A DNA stretch of 64,000 nt from a virus. Shown here piece after piece: positions 35,379-44,679 of the stretch (within the stretch, counting starts at the first letter, position 1; the number at the start of each line of letters is the position of its first letter). The stretch lies in the IMG/VR virus record IMGVR_UViG_3300035698_024280; one strand, 5' to 3'. The notes beneath the pieces were generated by a model that ran no database searches, had not been told where the DNA came from, and was given only the letters and a program-made list of their open reading frames with translations. The position numbers and the translations under genes are program-made.

Positions 35379-36356
35379 TTAATTGTTATTAATATACCAA
35401 CTTACAGTATTTTCAATACTCTTATTAAATTTAGTGACTCTTTTCCATCCTAATTCACGAGAAATTTTATTTGCATTAATTGCATATCTTTTATCGTGAC
35501 CGGGCCTATCTGCAATATACTCAATAATACTCGTGCATGGTTTTGCGGTTTGTAAAGATACCTCAAACATAACTCTATTAGCTATCGATAGATTTGTACA
35601 TTCACATTTACCCCCTATATTATATGTTGACCCAGAAACACCTCCTTCAAGCACTCGGATTAAACCATCGCAGTGATCTGTAACATATAGCCAATCTCTT
35701 ATTTGGAGACCGTTTCCATATAAAGGTAAATTTTTACCAGCAATAGCATTTAATATTAACTTAGGTATTAACTTCTCTCTATGTTGACGGGGCCCGAAAT
35801 TATTTGAGCAATTGGTAACAATTGCATCTATGCCATAAGTTCTTGACCAAGATTTTACTAGATGATCCGCAGCCGCCTTAGTAGCAGCATATGGTGAGGA
35901 TGGTCTATACGGTGATAACTCTGTAAACGGGGATTTATTTAAATCTAAATCCCCATATACTTCATCAGTACTGACGTGAATAAGTCTAACACTCCTACCG
36001 GTAGTTTGCTTTAATTCTCTTATGGATTCTAGTATATTATATGTGCCTATAATATTTGAATCTACAAAAGGTTTAGGTGATGCAATTGAATTATCTACAT
36101 GTGACTCGGCTGCTAGGTGAATGATACTATCAATGCCCTTATCATGTAGCAATTCTCTTAATAGTGGCCTCTCAGATATATCACCGACAATGAGAGAGAC
36201 GTTTGATAGCCTACTACACATATTCTCAGCAAACTTAGAGTTGCTAGCATACCCCATCTTGTCTAAGATAATTATTTCGTAATTAGAGTCTGCTAATATT
36301 TGAACTAATGCAGATCCGATAAAACCGGCGCCGCCCGTTACTAATATTTTTTTCAT
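35379..36356 (-). CDS. rfbB: dTDP-glucose 4,6-dehydratase
   Basis: ILVTGGAGFIGS; DKMGYA; HLAAESHVDNSI; HVSTDEVYGDL; PSSPYAATKA; NCSNNFGPRQHREKLIP; IRDWLYVTDH; DRPGHDKRYAI. Confidence 0.95.
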   Translation of the reverse strand: MKKILVTGGAGFIGSALVQILADSNYEIIILDKMGYASNSKFAENMCSRLSNVSLIVGDISERPLLRELLHDKGIDSIIHLAAESHVDNSIASPKPFVDSNIIGTYNILESIRELKQTTGRSVRLIHVSTDEVYGDLDLNKSPFTELSPYRPSSPYAATKAAADHLVKSWSRTYGIDAIVTNCSNNFGPRQHREKLIPKLILNAIAGKNLPLYGNGLQIRDWLYVTDHCDGLIRVLEGGVSGSTYNIGGKCECTNLSIANRVMFEVSLQTAKPCTSIIEYIADRPGHDKRYAINANKISRELGWKRVTKFNKSIENTVSWYINNN

Positions 36357-36622
36357 AGACTATCTGACTCTATTGGTGTGTTTATAGCTATAAAATTTAG
36401 CAGTAGCTCCCTATCAGTTATTCTAATATCCTTATGAGGTACCCTCGCAACTTTATTAGATTTATGATCTTGATAACGCTGCCTATTGATACAGTTAGAT
36501 ACAGACATGGTGATGGCTGTATCGCCATAATTATCCTCACCATTTATATCTAATGTAGGCCACGGCTCGTAGAATTTTAAGAATTTAGAATCTCTTTGAT
36601 CTAATAATGCTTTTATATTCAT
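36353..36622 (-). CDS. Hypothetical protein (89 aa)
   Basis: ORF track; overlaps both neighbours. Confidence 0.5.
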   Translation of the reverse strand: MNIKALLDQRDSKFLKFYEPWPTLDINGEDNYGDTAITMSVSNCINRQRYQDHKSNKVARVPHKDIRITDRELLLNFIAINTPIESDSL

Positions 36623-37206
36623 TAAAACTTATGAACTTTTTTATCAGTAGATGGCGAGATTGCCTTAGGTATTTCTATAAATAGTACTCCGTTATTAAGG
36701 GTCATACAAAGATCGTCAAGATTAAACTCGGGAGATACAAAGAAGCTTGAAGTTAATTTCTGTTGCGGTATCTTACTTTTTGCAGTGTGATGTTTTATAT
36801 TAAACGAAGAGCTGCAGTTTCGAGTAGCGGATATATCTAAAATACCTGTAGACTTTGTAGTATTTACATTAATCGATGAGCGGATAACCCCAGGTAGATC
36901 AACACTAATAATGAGGTCTTTACTGTCAGTGTAATATGACCTAGATCTAATAGTAAACGTTTCCTGGGACTTTGGTTTAGAGCCGTCGGTTAGGTCTCCA
37001 TTAAAGTGGTTGGGCTGGGCAGATTGACAATCTTCACCAGGGGGTGATTTACGCTCTCGACGATTCGGACCGGCTGTAGTGGTCACTACAGTCCATAAGC
37101 CGGTATTATGCAGTGATTGACAATCACCAGTGTTTCCTAAGTCGGGGTTAGTAGTGTTGAGCCGTTCAAATTCTTTTAGTATATTTTCGTAGTAATCCGT
37201 ATTCAT
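36622..37206 (-). CDS. Small heat-shock protein (Hsp20/alpha-crystallin) with N-terminal extension
   Basis: LIISVDLPGV...INV...LDISA...TSSFFV......L...LNNGVLFIEIPK. Confidence 0.75.
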   Translation of the reverse strand: MNTDYYENILKEFERLNTTNPDLGNTGDCQSLHNTGLWTVVTTTAGPNRRERKSPPGEDCQSAQPNHFNGDLTDGSKPKSQETFTIRSRSYYTDSKDLIISVDLPGVIRSSINVNTTKSTGILDISATRNCSSSFNIKHHTAKSKIPQQKLTSSFFVSPEFNLDDLCMTLNNGVLFIEIPKAISPSTDKKVHKF

Positions 37207-37512
37207 ATTTGTTGTTTGTTACATCTATATTATGATGAGGTTCCGATCTAAGTCCACTGTAAGTTTTAATCTTCTGTAAATTCTTCTAAAATATCTTCGA
37301 GTTGTACTGCACAACTTAATACTGCCGCTTCAATTAGTTCAGTATTCTCCATATCTTCACCCATACCAGTAGGTAGCTCATAATCGAACCACTCCTGAGA
37401 TAACTCCGTCAATTTTTTTATTAGTTCTGTCTGCATAAGTGGTATTTAGCCGATTTAGGTTAATTGTCTGCGGTTTTTTAATAAAAACGGAGGTATAAAC
37501 CTAAATATAGAT

Positions 37513-38034
37513 ATGCAAGACATAACTTCATTTTTCGAGCGGGCAGTTGCTAGAGAGTTCTCCCGTGACTTTCTATTTCGAGTGATCGGTATTAACATTC
37601 CTGGGTTTTCTCTTTCTGAAGATGATTTAGTTTATGCAAAATCTGGCTCCATCCCAAATAGGACGATTGAAAATGTTACTGCGCCTTATCAGGGGCTAGA
37701 TTTTAATGTTGCAGGTCGAGCAGTATATGAAAATTCTGCATCCTATCAAATTGACTTTTATTGTGATGCAAACTCAGATATTCATTCTAAGATGATAGCA
37801 GAAACAGAGAGAGTTTTTGGTAATGATGGTCGCGGCGATTATAATATTGGTGGGCCAGATTCTATTATATCATTAGCTCAAGTTGATAAGAACCTTGCCC
37901 CTGTAAAGACATATAAGCTAATAGGTGCAGCAATTAGAAGTACCGGAGCATTAGATTATACTATGGCGGCAGGTACTGGTCAAATTGTAAGCTTTAGTTC
38001 TACATTTGCATACCATTATTACACTAGTGAGTAG
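37513..38034 (+). CDS. Tail tube protein (T4 gp19-like)
   Basis: SRDFLFRV; YAKSGSIPNRTIENVTAPYQGLDFNVAGR; IDFYCD; SIISLAQVD; YKLIGA; FSSTFAYHYY. Confidence 0.8.
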   Translation: MQDITSFFERAVAREFSRDFLFRVIGINIPGFSLSEDDLVYAKSGSIPNRTIENVTAPYQGLDFNVAGRAVYENSASYQIDFYCDANSDIHSKMIAETERVFGNDGRGDYNIGGPDSIISLAQVDKNLAPVKTYKLIGAAIRSTGALDYTMAAGTGQIVSFSSTFAYHYYTSE

Positions 38035-38062
38035 ATAATAAAAAAATGACATAAATAGATTT

Positions 38063-38635
38063 ATGTCTACTCGCAGTTTCCTGGAAAATCTCGGCAATCC
38101 GAGGACCAACATACCTCTACACACGTCGTGGGAGGTGGAGTTTACACTCCCTGGTAGGTTGAGTGAAGTAAGCGAGCTAGAGAGTGTGTCCTGGGGCAAT
38201 GTGGATAATATACCTGGAGGTAGTGTGAAGCTATTAGCAGCTTCATTAACCCACGCTAATGATAACTATAATGCTGGCAAAGCAACAATTTTAAACAACG
38301 GTGGGTTGCTACCCGGGGTAATTAACTCTGGCAGATCATCTACTGACAGTAGACCTTTAGTTATTCAATTCATAGAGACTGAAGAGTCATTTGCAGACTT
38401 AGCTCTTAGAGCGTGGGTAATAGTATCAGCTCATTATGGTCGTATTGCAGATGCAAATGATCTAAAAAAGACCATAACTGCAACGCATTTAGGTAGAGAT
38501 GGATCACCGCGAAAGACGTTTAAATATTATAATGCATCCCCAACAGCTGTAGAGAGTGTATCATATACGTACGATTCTTCAAAAGTAGACCTAATAGGTA
38601 CTTCCTGGGTGTATGATAATTATAGCGTATCTTAA
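38063..38635 (+). CDS. Tube-fold baseplate protein (gp54/gp48-like tail tube initiator)
   Basis: Tube-like motifs LVIQFIET; AWV; TFKYYNASPTAVESVSYTY; directly follows gp19. Confidence 0.55.
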   Translation: MSTRSFLENLGNPRTNIPLHTSWEVEFTLPGRLSEVSELESVSWGNVDNIPGGSVKLLAASLTHANDNYNAGKATILNNGGLLPGVINSGRSSTDSRPLVIQFIETEESFADLALRAWVIVSAHYGRIADANDLKKTITATHLGRDGSPRKTFKYYNASPTAVESVSYTYDSSKVDLIGTSWVYDNYSVS

Positions 38636-39483
38636 TGGAGTATTATACAACAATTAAAGCGCCGCAAACGAGGCGAGATGTTAAAGTAAAGCCTATTAGT
38701 AATTATATATTTTATATGATTTGCAAATTTATTGGCGATAATGATGATAATGATTCAATTTGTAAGTTTTTAGATGAAACGCTCCTGAACCTAGTTATTA
38801 ATGAGGAGGTCATACCGGAATTAACAAAAATAGATAAATTTTTTATATGGTTATCTCTATATGAAAAATATGTAGATAAATCAATATCTCTAATAGGTAA
38901 GGATGTTAATGGCAATAATCAGACTATAGGTGTCTTTTTATACACTATATTAAATAATTGTAAGCAACTACCTTTAGATATTTTAAATATAATTGAATAT
39001 CATGATATTAAAATTACTCTAACAGCTCCGGTTAATATGTTTCATAGTACAGTTGCTGATGCATATATTAGTATGATATATACTATAGAGTCTGACATAG
39101 GTGAGGTTTTATATTTTGCTAATTTTACAGATGAAGAAAAAACTAAGTTCCTAGAATCTTTAGACTTTGACCTGGTCGATATATGTAATAATATTGCAGT
39201 TGAAGATACTAATACCTTAACACTTCTCCCATCTGCGGCGGAAGGTTCACAGGTATCTTATGATAAGATTGAGTCTGGTATTTTTGATAACAATTTATTC
39301 TTTCTTTTAAAATCTCTATTTTCTGTTGATGAAGATGCTTTTTGTGAGAATGTATATATTTTCAGTAAGGTTATAGGTGGGAGCTACGATCAATTTTGTA
39401 AAATAACCCCCCGAGAATTTAATAAAATTATAAGCATTCATAAAAAGTTTGAAGAGACTAATAAGAATGGAGTTGATTCTTAG
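38635..39483 (+). CDS. Baseplate hub assembly protein (gp26/gp51-like)
   Basis: N-terminal TIKAPQTRRDVKVKPI; position in the baseplate operon. Confidence 0.4.
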   Translation: MEYYTTIKAPQTRRDVKVKPISNYIFYMICKFIGDNDDNDSICKFLDETLLNLVINEEVIPELTKIDKFFIWLSLYEKYVDKSISLIGKDVNGNNQTIGVFLYTILNNCKQLPLDILNIIEYHDIKITLTAPVNMFHSTVADAYISMIYTIESDIGEVLYFANFTDEEKTKFLESLDFDLVDICNNIAVEDTNTLTLLPSAAEGSQVSYDKIESGIFDNNLFFLLKSLFSVDEDAFCENVYIFSKVIGGSYDQFCKITPREFNKIISIHKKFEETNKNGVDS

Positions 39484-39510
39484 AGATACAACTATAATTA
39501 ATATATATAT

Positions 39511-40254
39511 ATGAGCACGAGTACCCTTCTAGATAAACTTAATGAGATAAATGAGTCGACCACACATAGTATATCTGTACCTACTGCTAAAAAAGAGTTT
39601 GAATTTAGAGGTCTTAATGTAAACCAACAAAAAGAGATAATAAAGACTGCTGCAGATGGCCCGTCAAGTGGTATTACTCTTACAAATGTACTTAATGAAA
39701 TAATAGTAAGCAATGCAAGCGCAGACTATAATTTTTCTATTATTGATAGATACCCTATTATACTAGCGTTGAGGTCTTTGTTCGTTGACGATGTAATCAA
39801 AGTAGCTGGTAATAAATTGAGTATAGCTAAGCACTTAGCTACAGTTACTACTAACTACAACAGCTTATTAGATGGCCTCGTTTTAAAAGATTCAATTGTA
39901 GTTGATGGTATAACTGTACATATTGAGGTACCATCTCTCAATAGAGATATAAAGGTAAATAAAGCTATAGAGAGAGTTAATGAGGTGAATACATCCATAG
40001 GGGACACCATAGGTAATTTGTATATTTATGAAATTGATAAATTTATACAAAGTATAGAGTTTGGAGATGATACATATAATTTTGCTGATGGTATGAGTGC
40101 GTCTGCTAAAAGATCCATAATTGAGGCTATGCCTAGTAGTATAAACAAAGATATTATAGATTTTATCACAAAAACCCGGAAAATCGAGAATTATTACTTA
40201 GATACTGAATTTGGTTCTATAGAAATTGATGCGGCTTTCTTTACTAGTGAATAA
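39511..40254 (+). CDS. Baseplate hub subunit (T4 gp26-like)
   Basis: ISVPTAKKEFEFRGLNVNQQKEII (cf. gp26 LPS.GK...RPFLVKEEK); DRYPIILALRSLFV. Confidence 0.55.
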   Translation: MSTSTLLDKLNEINESTTHSISVPTAKKEFEFRGLNVNQQKEIIKTAADGPSSGITLTNVLNEIIVSNASADYNFSIIDRYPIILALRSLFVDDVIKVAGNKLSIAKHLATVTTNYNSLLDGLVLKDSIVVDGITVHIEVPSLNRDIKVNKAIERVNEVNTSIGDTIGNLYIYEIDKFIQSIEFGDDTYNFADGMSASAKRSIIEAMPSSINKDIIDFITKTRKIENYYLDTEFGSIEIDAAFFTSE

Positions 40255-40262
40255 ATAATTAT

Positions 40263-42464
40263 GTGGACCAAGATGTTACAAAATTAATTGCTGCTTTAGC
40301 TGAAGCAGTTAAAAAGCTAAAGGATGTTGCGGGTCTCCCTGCAGCTAATCAATCATCTGCAAATTATGATGATGTACGTTCACCTGATTTTGACAATAAG
40401 AACGAACGGTCTATAAAGAAGAAAGGGCCCTCTCTCTCGACCAATGAGGCCTCCCGTTGGGGGACTATATCCAAAATATTTGCAAGGACTATGTTCAATT
40501 TCTCAAAAGAGAAAAATCCAGATTTTGGTGCGAAGAAGACACGTAACATACCGTCAGTAATTAATGTAGATATTCCTAAGTCTGATGATGCATGTTCTAA
40601 GTCTTTACTAAAAGGCTTAGGGGGTATTTTATTAGTCTTGGGGGGTTTAGGTCTTGCAATTGCAGCATTTTTTACTGGTCCTGGAGCTGCAGGAAAATTG
40701 ATGCAAATGTTCAGTGGTGGCTTAGTAAAGCTCGGGGGTATATTCTTAGAGAGTATTAAAAAGAGACTCGGTAGATTAGTCACCAGTGCAATTAATATAT
40801 TAAAAACAGCGACATTTGGAATTATAGATAAGGTGACAAAAGCATTCCCTAAAGCTGGTAAATTCTTAAAAATATTTTCAACATTGGGTAGTAAATTAGG
40901 CGGCCATATTTCTAAAGTTATCAGATTTTTACCGGGTGTAGGGGCGTTGGTTGCTTTTTGGTTTGCCTATAAAAATATAAAAGCGGGTGATATTATAGGT
41001 GGTGTTGGGGAGATTGCTTCTGGATTACTAAGCTTAGGTACACTAATCCCAGGGGTGGGGGCTATTACAGGCCCTTTAGGCATTGCTTTAGATATTGCTC
41101 TATTAGGGCGATATGCTGTAATGAGCCCAAGTGCTCGAGTTAAGCAGTCAGAAAAATTTGGTTCAATGTTCAGTAAGCTAGCTGGATGGGTTGGAGATAA
41201 GATATCAAAATATGGTAAATATATACCTGTAATATCCTCTCTGATGTGGTGGTTCGAATCTTGGAAGGCCTTTAATAGAGGTGATATAAAATCTGGATTT
41301 GAAAATATAATAAAGGGTATCTTTCCATACGCGCCGCTTTTAGCGGAAGGGGTAAGTAAGGGTTATAGTATAATTTCGTCTCTTAGTATGTCTAAAATTA
41401 CTGATTCAGTAAATTTTTCAAATATAAAAGACTTTGGAATGAGTGCAAAAAATTGGATCAGTAATAAACTTAAAAATCTGCCATATTTCCTAGCTAAACC
41501 ACTTGAGTGGCTAGGTCTCATAGAAAAAACCGATAACGGTAAGAGTCTTGAGTTAACTCAAGGTACAAATGAGTTTATATCAAAAATAAAGGCCTTTTTC
41601 TCCCCTCTAAGTTCTGCAGGAGAAAAAATTAAAAACTATACAAATAATATTATAGATAAAATTAAGTTACCTGGGAGAGCTATATTTGATACAGTTAGTC
41701 AAAATATAAGGATATTTATAGATAATATAAAAACTGCATCTGCTGATGTATTTAGTAATGCTAAATCTAAATTAAAGGGGCTTGATGCTATAGTAAAAGC
41801 CAAAGTTACCAATGTAATCGCTTCAGGTAGTGATTTATTGAGTGATGCAGCTGCCCGTATAAAGAATTCAAGTACGTTCATTGCTAACCAATTAAAGTTA
41901 GGGAAGGATATCTTAGTAAATAGTTCAACTACAGTTGCTAACTGGCAAAAGAATATGACGTCGAGTATTACTAATTTTATAGCTAGTAAAGCTATGTCTC
42001 TAATAACTAGCATACCTAAGATGTTGAAAGCTTCAATAGGCCACGCAAAAGATATTATAGCTAAAATAATAGCAGTACCTAGAGAGACAGGCGCTGCTAT
42101 CGCAGGTCATATTGCTGAAGCGGGTGCAGATTTTGGGAGTAAAATACAAACAAATGTAGATAAAGTTAAATTCAATATTGAAGGCGACTTTAAAGTTATC
42201 GCTGATCTTAATAGGGCATCAGTCAAAGAGTTGTCTAAACTTAGAAAGGATATTATTACTGCATCGAATAATCAGGTACAGATATTAAAAGATATTAGAT
42301 CCGGTCTTTCAAATATTGCTTCCGTTAATAACTCTGCAGGTAGTACAGCGCCAATGATGTTCGGTGGGGGTGGGAATAGTAGTGGGACAGGTGGTGGTGG
42401 TGGATATCCAGCAGATACAAACGACATGTTCTTCAACGATAGAGTATCTAAGGGGATTTCATAA
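40263..42464 (+). CDS. Tape measure / baseplate hub protein (gp29-like)
   Basis: 733 aa; GTG start 5 nt after TAAATA; Gly/Ala-rich amphipathic helices and hydrophobic segments (RFLPGVGALV; KYIPVIS). Confidence 0.65.
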   Translation: MDQDVTKLIAALAEAVKKLKDVAGLPAANQSSANYDDVRSPDFDNKNERSIKKKGPSLSTNEASRWGTISKIFARTMFNFSKEKNPDFGAKKTRNIPSVINVDIPKSDDACSKSLLKGLGGILLVLGGLGLAIAAFFTGPGAAGKLMQMFSGGLVKLGGIFLESIKKRLGRLVTSAINILKTATFGIIDKVTKAFPKAGKFLKIFSTLGSKLGGHISKVIRFLPGVGALVAFWFAYKNIKAGDIIGGVGEIASGLLSLGTLIPGVGAITGPLGIALDIALLGRYAVMSPSARVKQSEKFGSMFSKLAGWVGDKISKYGKYIPVISSLMWWFESWKAFNRGDIKSGFENIIKGIFPYAPLLAEGVSKGYSIISSLSMSKITDSVNFSNIKDFGMSAKNWISNKLKNLPYFLAKPLEWLGLIEKTDNGKSLELTQGTNEFISKIKAFFSPLSSAGEKIKNYTNNIIDKIKLPGRAIFDTVSQNIRIFIDNIKTASADVFSNAKSKLKGLDAIVKAKVTNVIASGSDLLSDAAARIKNSSTFIANQLKLGKDILVNSSTTVANWQKNMTSSITNFIASKAMSLITSIPKMLKASIGHAKDIIAKIIAVPRETGAAIAGHIAEAGADFGSKIQTNVDKVKFNIEGDFKVIADLNRASVKELSKLRKDIITASNNQVQILKDIRSGLSNIASVNNSAGSTAPMMFGGGGNSSGTGGGGGYPADTNDMFFNDRVSKGIS

Positions 42465-43339
42465 TGAGCCTATATACAATAGAATCTTCTGGAGGTAAAA
42501 TGTCAGCAAGGCCGTCAGGTAGCGGTCTTGTTAACATTATAGGTAAATATTCTACCGTTAAATCTATAGACATTCCAGAAATTAGATTAAAGGAATCAGA
42601 AATACTGCAAAGCTCTATTGTTACTCAAGCTAAATATTCAACAGCTGTTGCATCAGGTAGCTTTAATAAGATTTTAGAACTCTGTCCAGCTGGAGTAAAG
42701 GGTAAACTGAAAGATATAATGTCAGCAGCAGATATTCCAGACTCTGACGATCCTTTTGATGGGCTATATGATAGTGAGCCTACAGGGTTTATATACACAT
42801 TACCGTATTATAATGAAGGACCTGTATTTACAAAATCAGCTGATTTTGCGGAAACATATAAAGGTGACGGGCTAATGGATGCAGCGAGTGATCTATATAA
42901 TGCATTTAAGAAGATTTCTATTGGGACAAACCAGCTCGTTAAAACCTTAACTGAGCCGGGGGTATTTCTTTTAAAGCCGAGATTTTATGATCCTGGCAGT
43001 AGTACCCAATCAGTCAGCTTTTCATTTCCGCTACTCAATACGCTAAATGAAGAAGACATTCAAAGTAATTACGATCTTGTATGGCTACTTTTATTTCAAA
43101 ATTGTGTTAAGCGATTGGACCGTAGCGCCTTTGTACCTCCGTGTATATATGAAGTAACAGTCCCTGGATATACCTATATGAAGTTTGGATATGTAGAGTC
43201 TATTTCAGTTGATTTTCTAGGCACAAGAAGAACTATGGATATAGGCGGTGTTAATACTATTATTCCAGAAGCTTATAATATATCCATTACATTAAGACAG
43301 CTTACAACGGACGTTGCTGAGTTTTTCGATAAGGTATAG
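42464..43339 (+). CDS. Baseplate/tube-initiator-like protein, paralog A
   Basis: Shares YTLPYY, EPGVF..K.RFY.P, SFPLLNT, P.IYEVTVPG and IIPEAY.ISI with 43370..44305. Confidence 0.5.
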   Translation: MSLYTIESSGGKMSARPSGSGLVNIIGKYSTVKSIDIPEIRLKESEILQSSIVTQAKYSTAVASGSFNKILELCPAGVKGKLKDIMSAADIPDSDDPFDGLYDSEPTGFIYTLPYYNEGPVFTKSADFAETYKGDGLMDAASDLYNAFKKISIGTNQLVKTLTEPGVFLLKPRFYDPGSSTQSVSFSFPLLNTLNEEDIQSNYDLVWLLLFQNCVKRLDRSAFVPPCIYEVTVPGYTYMKFGYVESISVDFLGTRRTMDIGGVNTIIPEAYNISITLRQLTTDVAEFFDKV

Positions 43340-43369
43340 GAATAATTAATATTTGAATAAATATTATTA

Positions 43370-44305
43370 ATGGCAAATGTTACTACTACAAATCCTGGAG
43401 CTCCGAGCAGCTCAGCTGGTAGATCATCATCTTCAAATCAAAATACAACCCCTAGTGGAAATACTGGAGGTAATGGGGGGAGCAGCTTCGATATAGTTAA
43501 TGGGTATGATTGGTCCTTAAATAAGCCGAAAGATCCACCATATATAGAGTTGAAGGAGTATAAAGTATCTACTAGTCAAGTTACACAAGGCTTTGCTCAC
43601 TTTATTACATCTACATTAGAAAATCTAGGCGGTACAGTCTGCGATTTTGTGGATGAGTGTATTGCAGGTGAACTAGCAACTGGTGGTAATAGTGAGAGCT
43701 CTCCACATTTAGAGCCTTACGGGGGGATGTATAATCTATTAGAATCTGGCAATACCTTTAAGTTACCTTATTTTGAGAACTCAGTAAGATCGAGGACTAA
43801 TAGCTGGGCAACTACATTCGGCGGCGATAGTAACAATTTAATCGCGGACTTTGCTGCGGCGGGGGCTAAGTTTGTTAATCAGCATATGGCTGGAAGCAAT
43901 TACGGATTTAGTGGGTTGCTGGAACCTGGGGTATTCGTCGAGAGGACCAGATTTTACCAGCCATCCGCTCTATCTGAAGAGCCTATATCTTTAACATTTC
44001 CTCTTCTCAATACTCAGGAATCAGGGAGTATACAAAAAAATAAAGAATTTATAAATACACTTGCCAGAAATACTTCACCTAGTCGTAAATCAAAAACGCA
44101 ACTAGACCCTCCCCATTTTTATGAAGCTCTAATACCGGGTATTAGATTTATAAAATATGGGTTTATATCTTCCTTTAAAGTTGAGATGGCAGGCACACGA
44201 AGAATGATTGGAGGTGATATCATACCAGAGGCTTATCAAATAACTATCGAAGTGAAATCACTAACAGAAGAATCTGGAAACTTTTTAATAGAGGCACAAA
44301 AATGA
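43370..44305 (+). CDS. Baseplate/tube-initiator-like protein, paralog B
   Basis: FKLPYF, EPGVFVERTRFYQP, TFPLLNT, PHFYEALIPG and IIPEAYQITI. Confidence 0.5.
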   Translation: MANVTTTNPGAPSSSAGRSSSSNQNTTPSGNTGGNGGSSFDIVNGYDWSLNKPKDPPYIELKEYKVSTSQVTQGFAHFITSTLENLGGTVCDFVDECIAGELATGGNSESSPHLEPYGGMYNLLESGNTFKLPYFENSVRSRTNSWATTFGGDSNNLIADFAAAGAKFVNQHMAGSNYGFSGLLEPGVFVERTRFYQPSALSEEPISLTFPLLNTQESGSIQKNKEFINTLARNTSPSRKSKTQLDPPHFYEALIPGIRFIKYGFISSFKVEMAGTRRMIGGDIIPEAYQITIEVKSLTEESGNFLIEAQK

Positions 44306-44679
44306 TAATACAACTGAAGCAAAATGACATAGAGGAATTGCCTAATCTCGATATACGAAGATATGAAAATATATTTAATGTGTATACTCAAGGAAATGGG
44401 AAGGGCACATCATATTACTATTTTAATATACTGAGAAAAATATCAATAGATAGTAATAATATTGATCCTGAAGTTTTTAATTATGTGGAGATAGCTAAGC
44501 CGATTCCCTGGACGACAATCAGTCATGATGCCTATGGCACTCAGCACTTATGGTGGCTTATACTAGCTATTAATAATATAATAAACCCAGTAGTATTGCC
44601 TAAGACTGGAGATACATATAAGGTAATTAAAAAGGAGTATTTAACTTCAATACTAAACCAATTAAAAAATTCATTATAA
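44302..44679 (+). CDS. Baseplate wedge protein (T4 gp53-like, LysM-type)
   Basis: WTTISHDAYGTQHLWWLILAINNIINP. Confidence 0.7.
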   Translation: MIIQLKQNDIEELPNLDIRRYENIFNVYTQGNGKGTSYYYFNILRKISIDSNNIDPEVFNYVEIAKPIPWTTISHDAYGTQHLWWLILAINNIINPVVLPKTGDTYKVIKKEYLTSILNQLKNSL

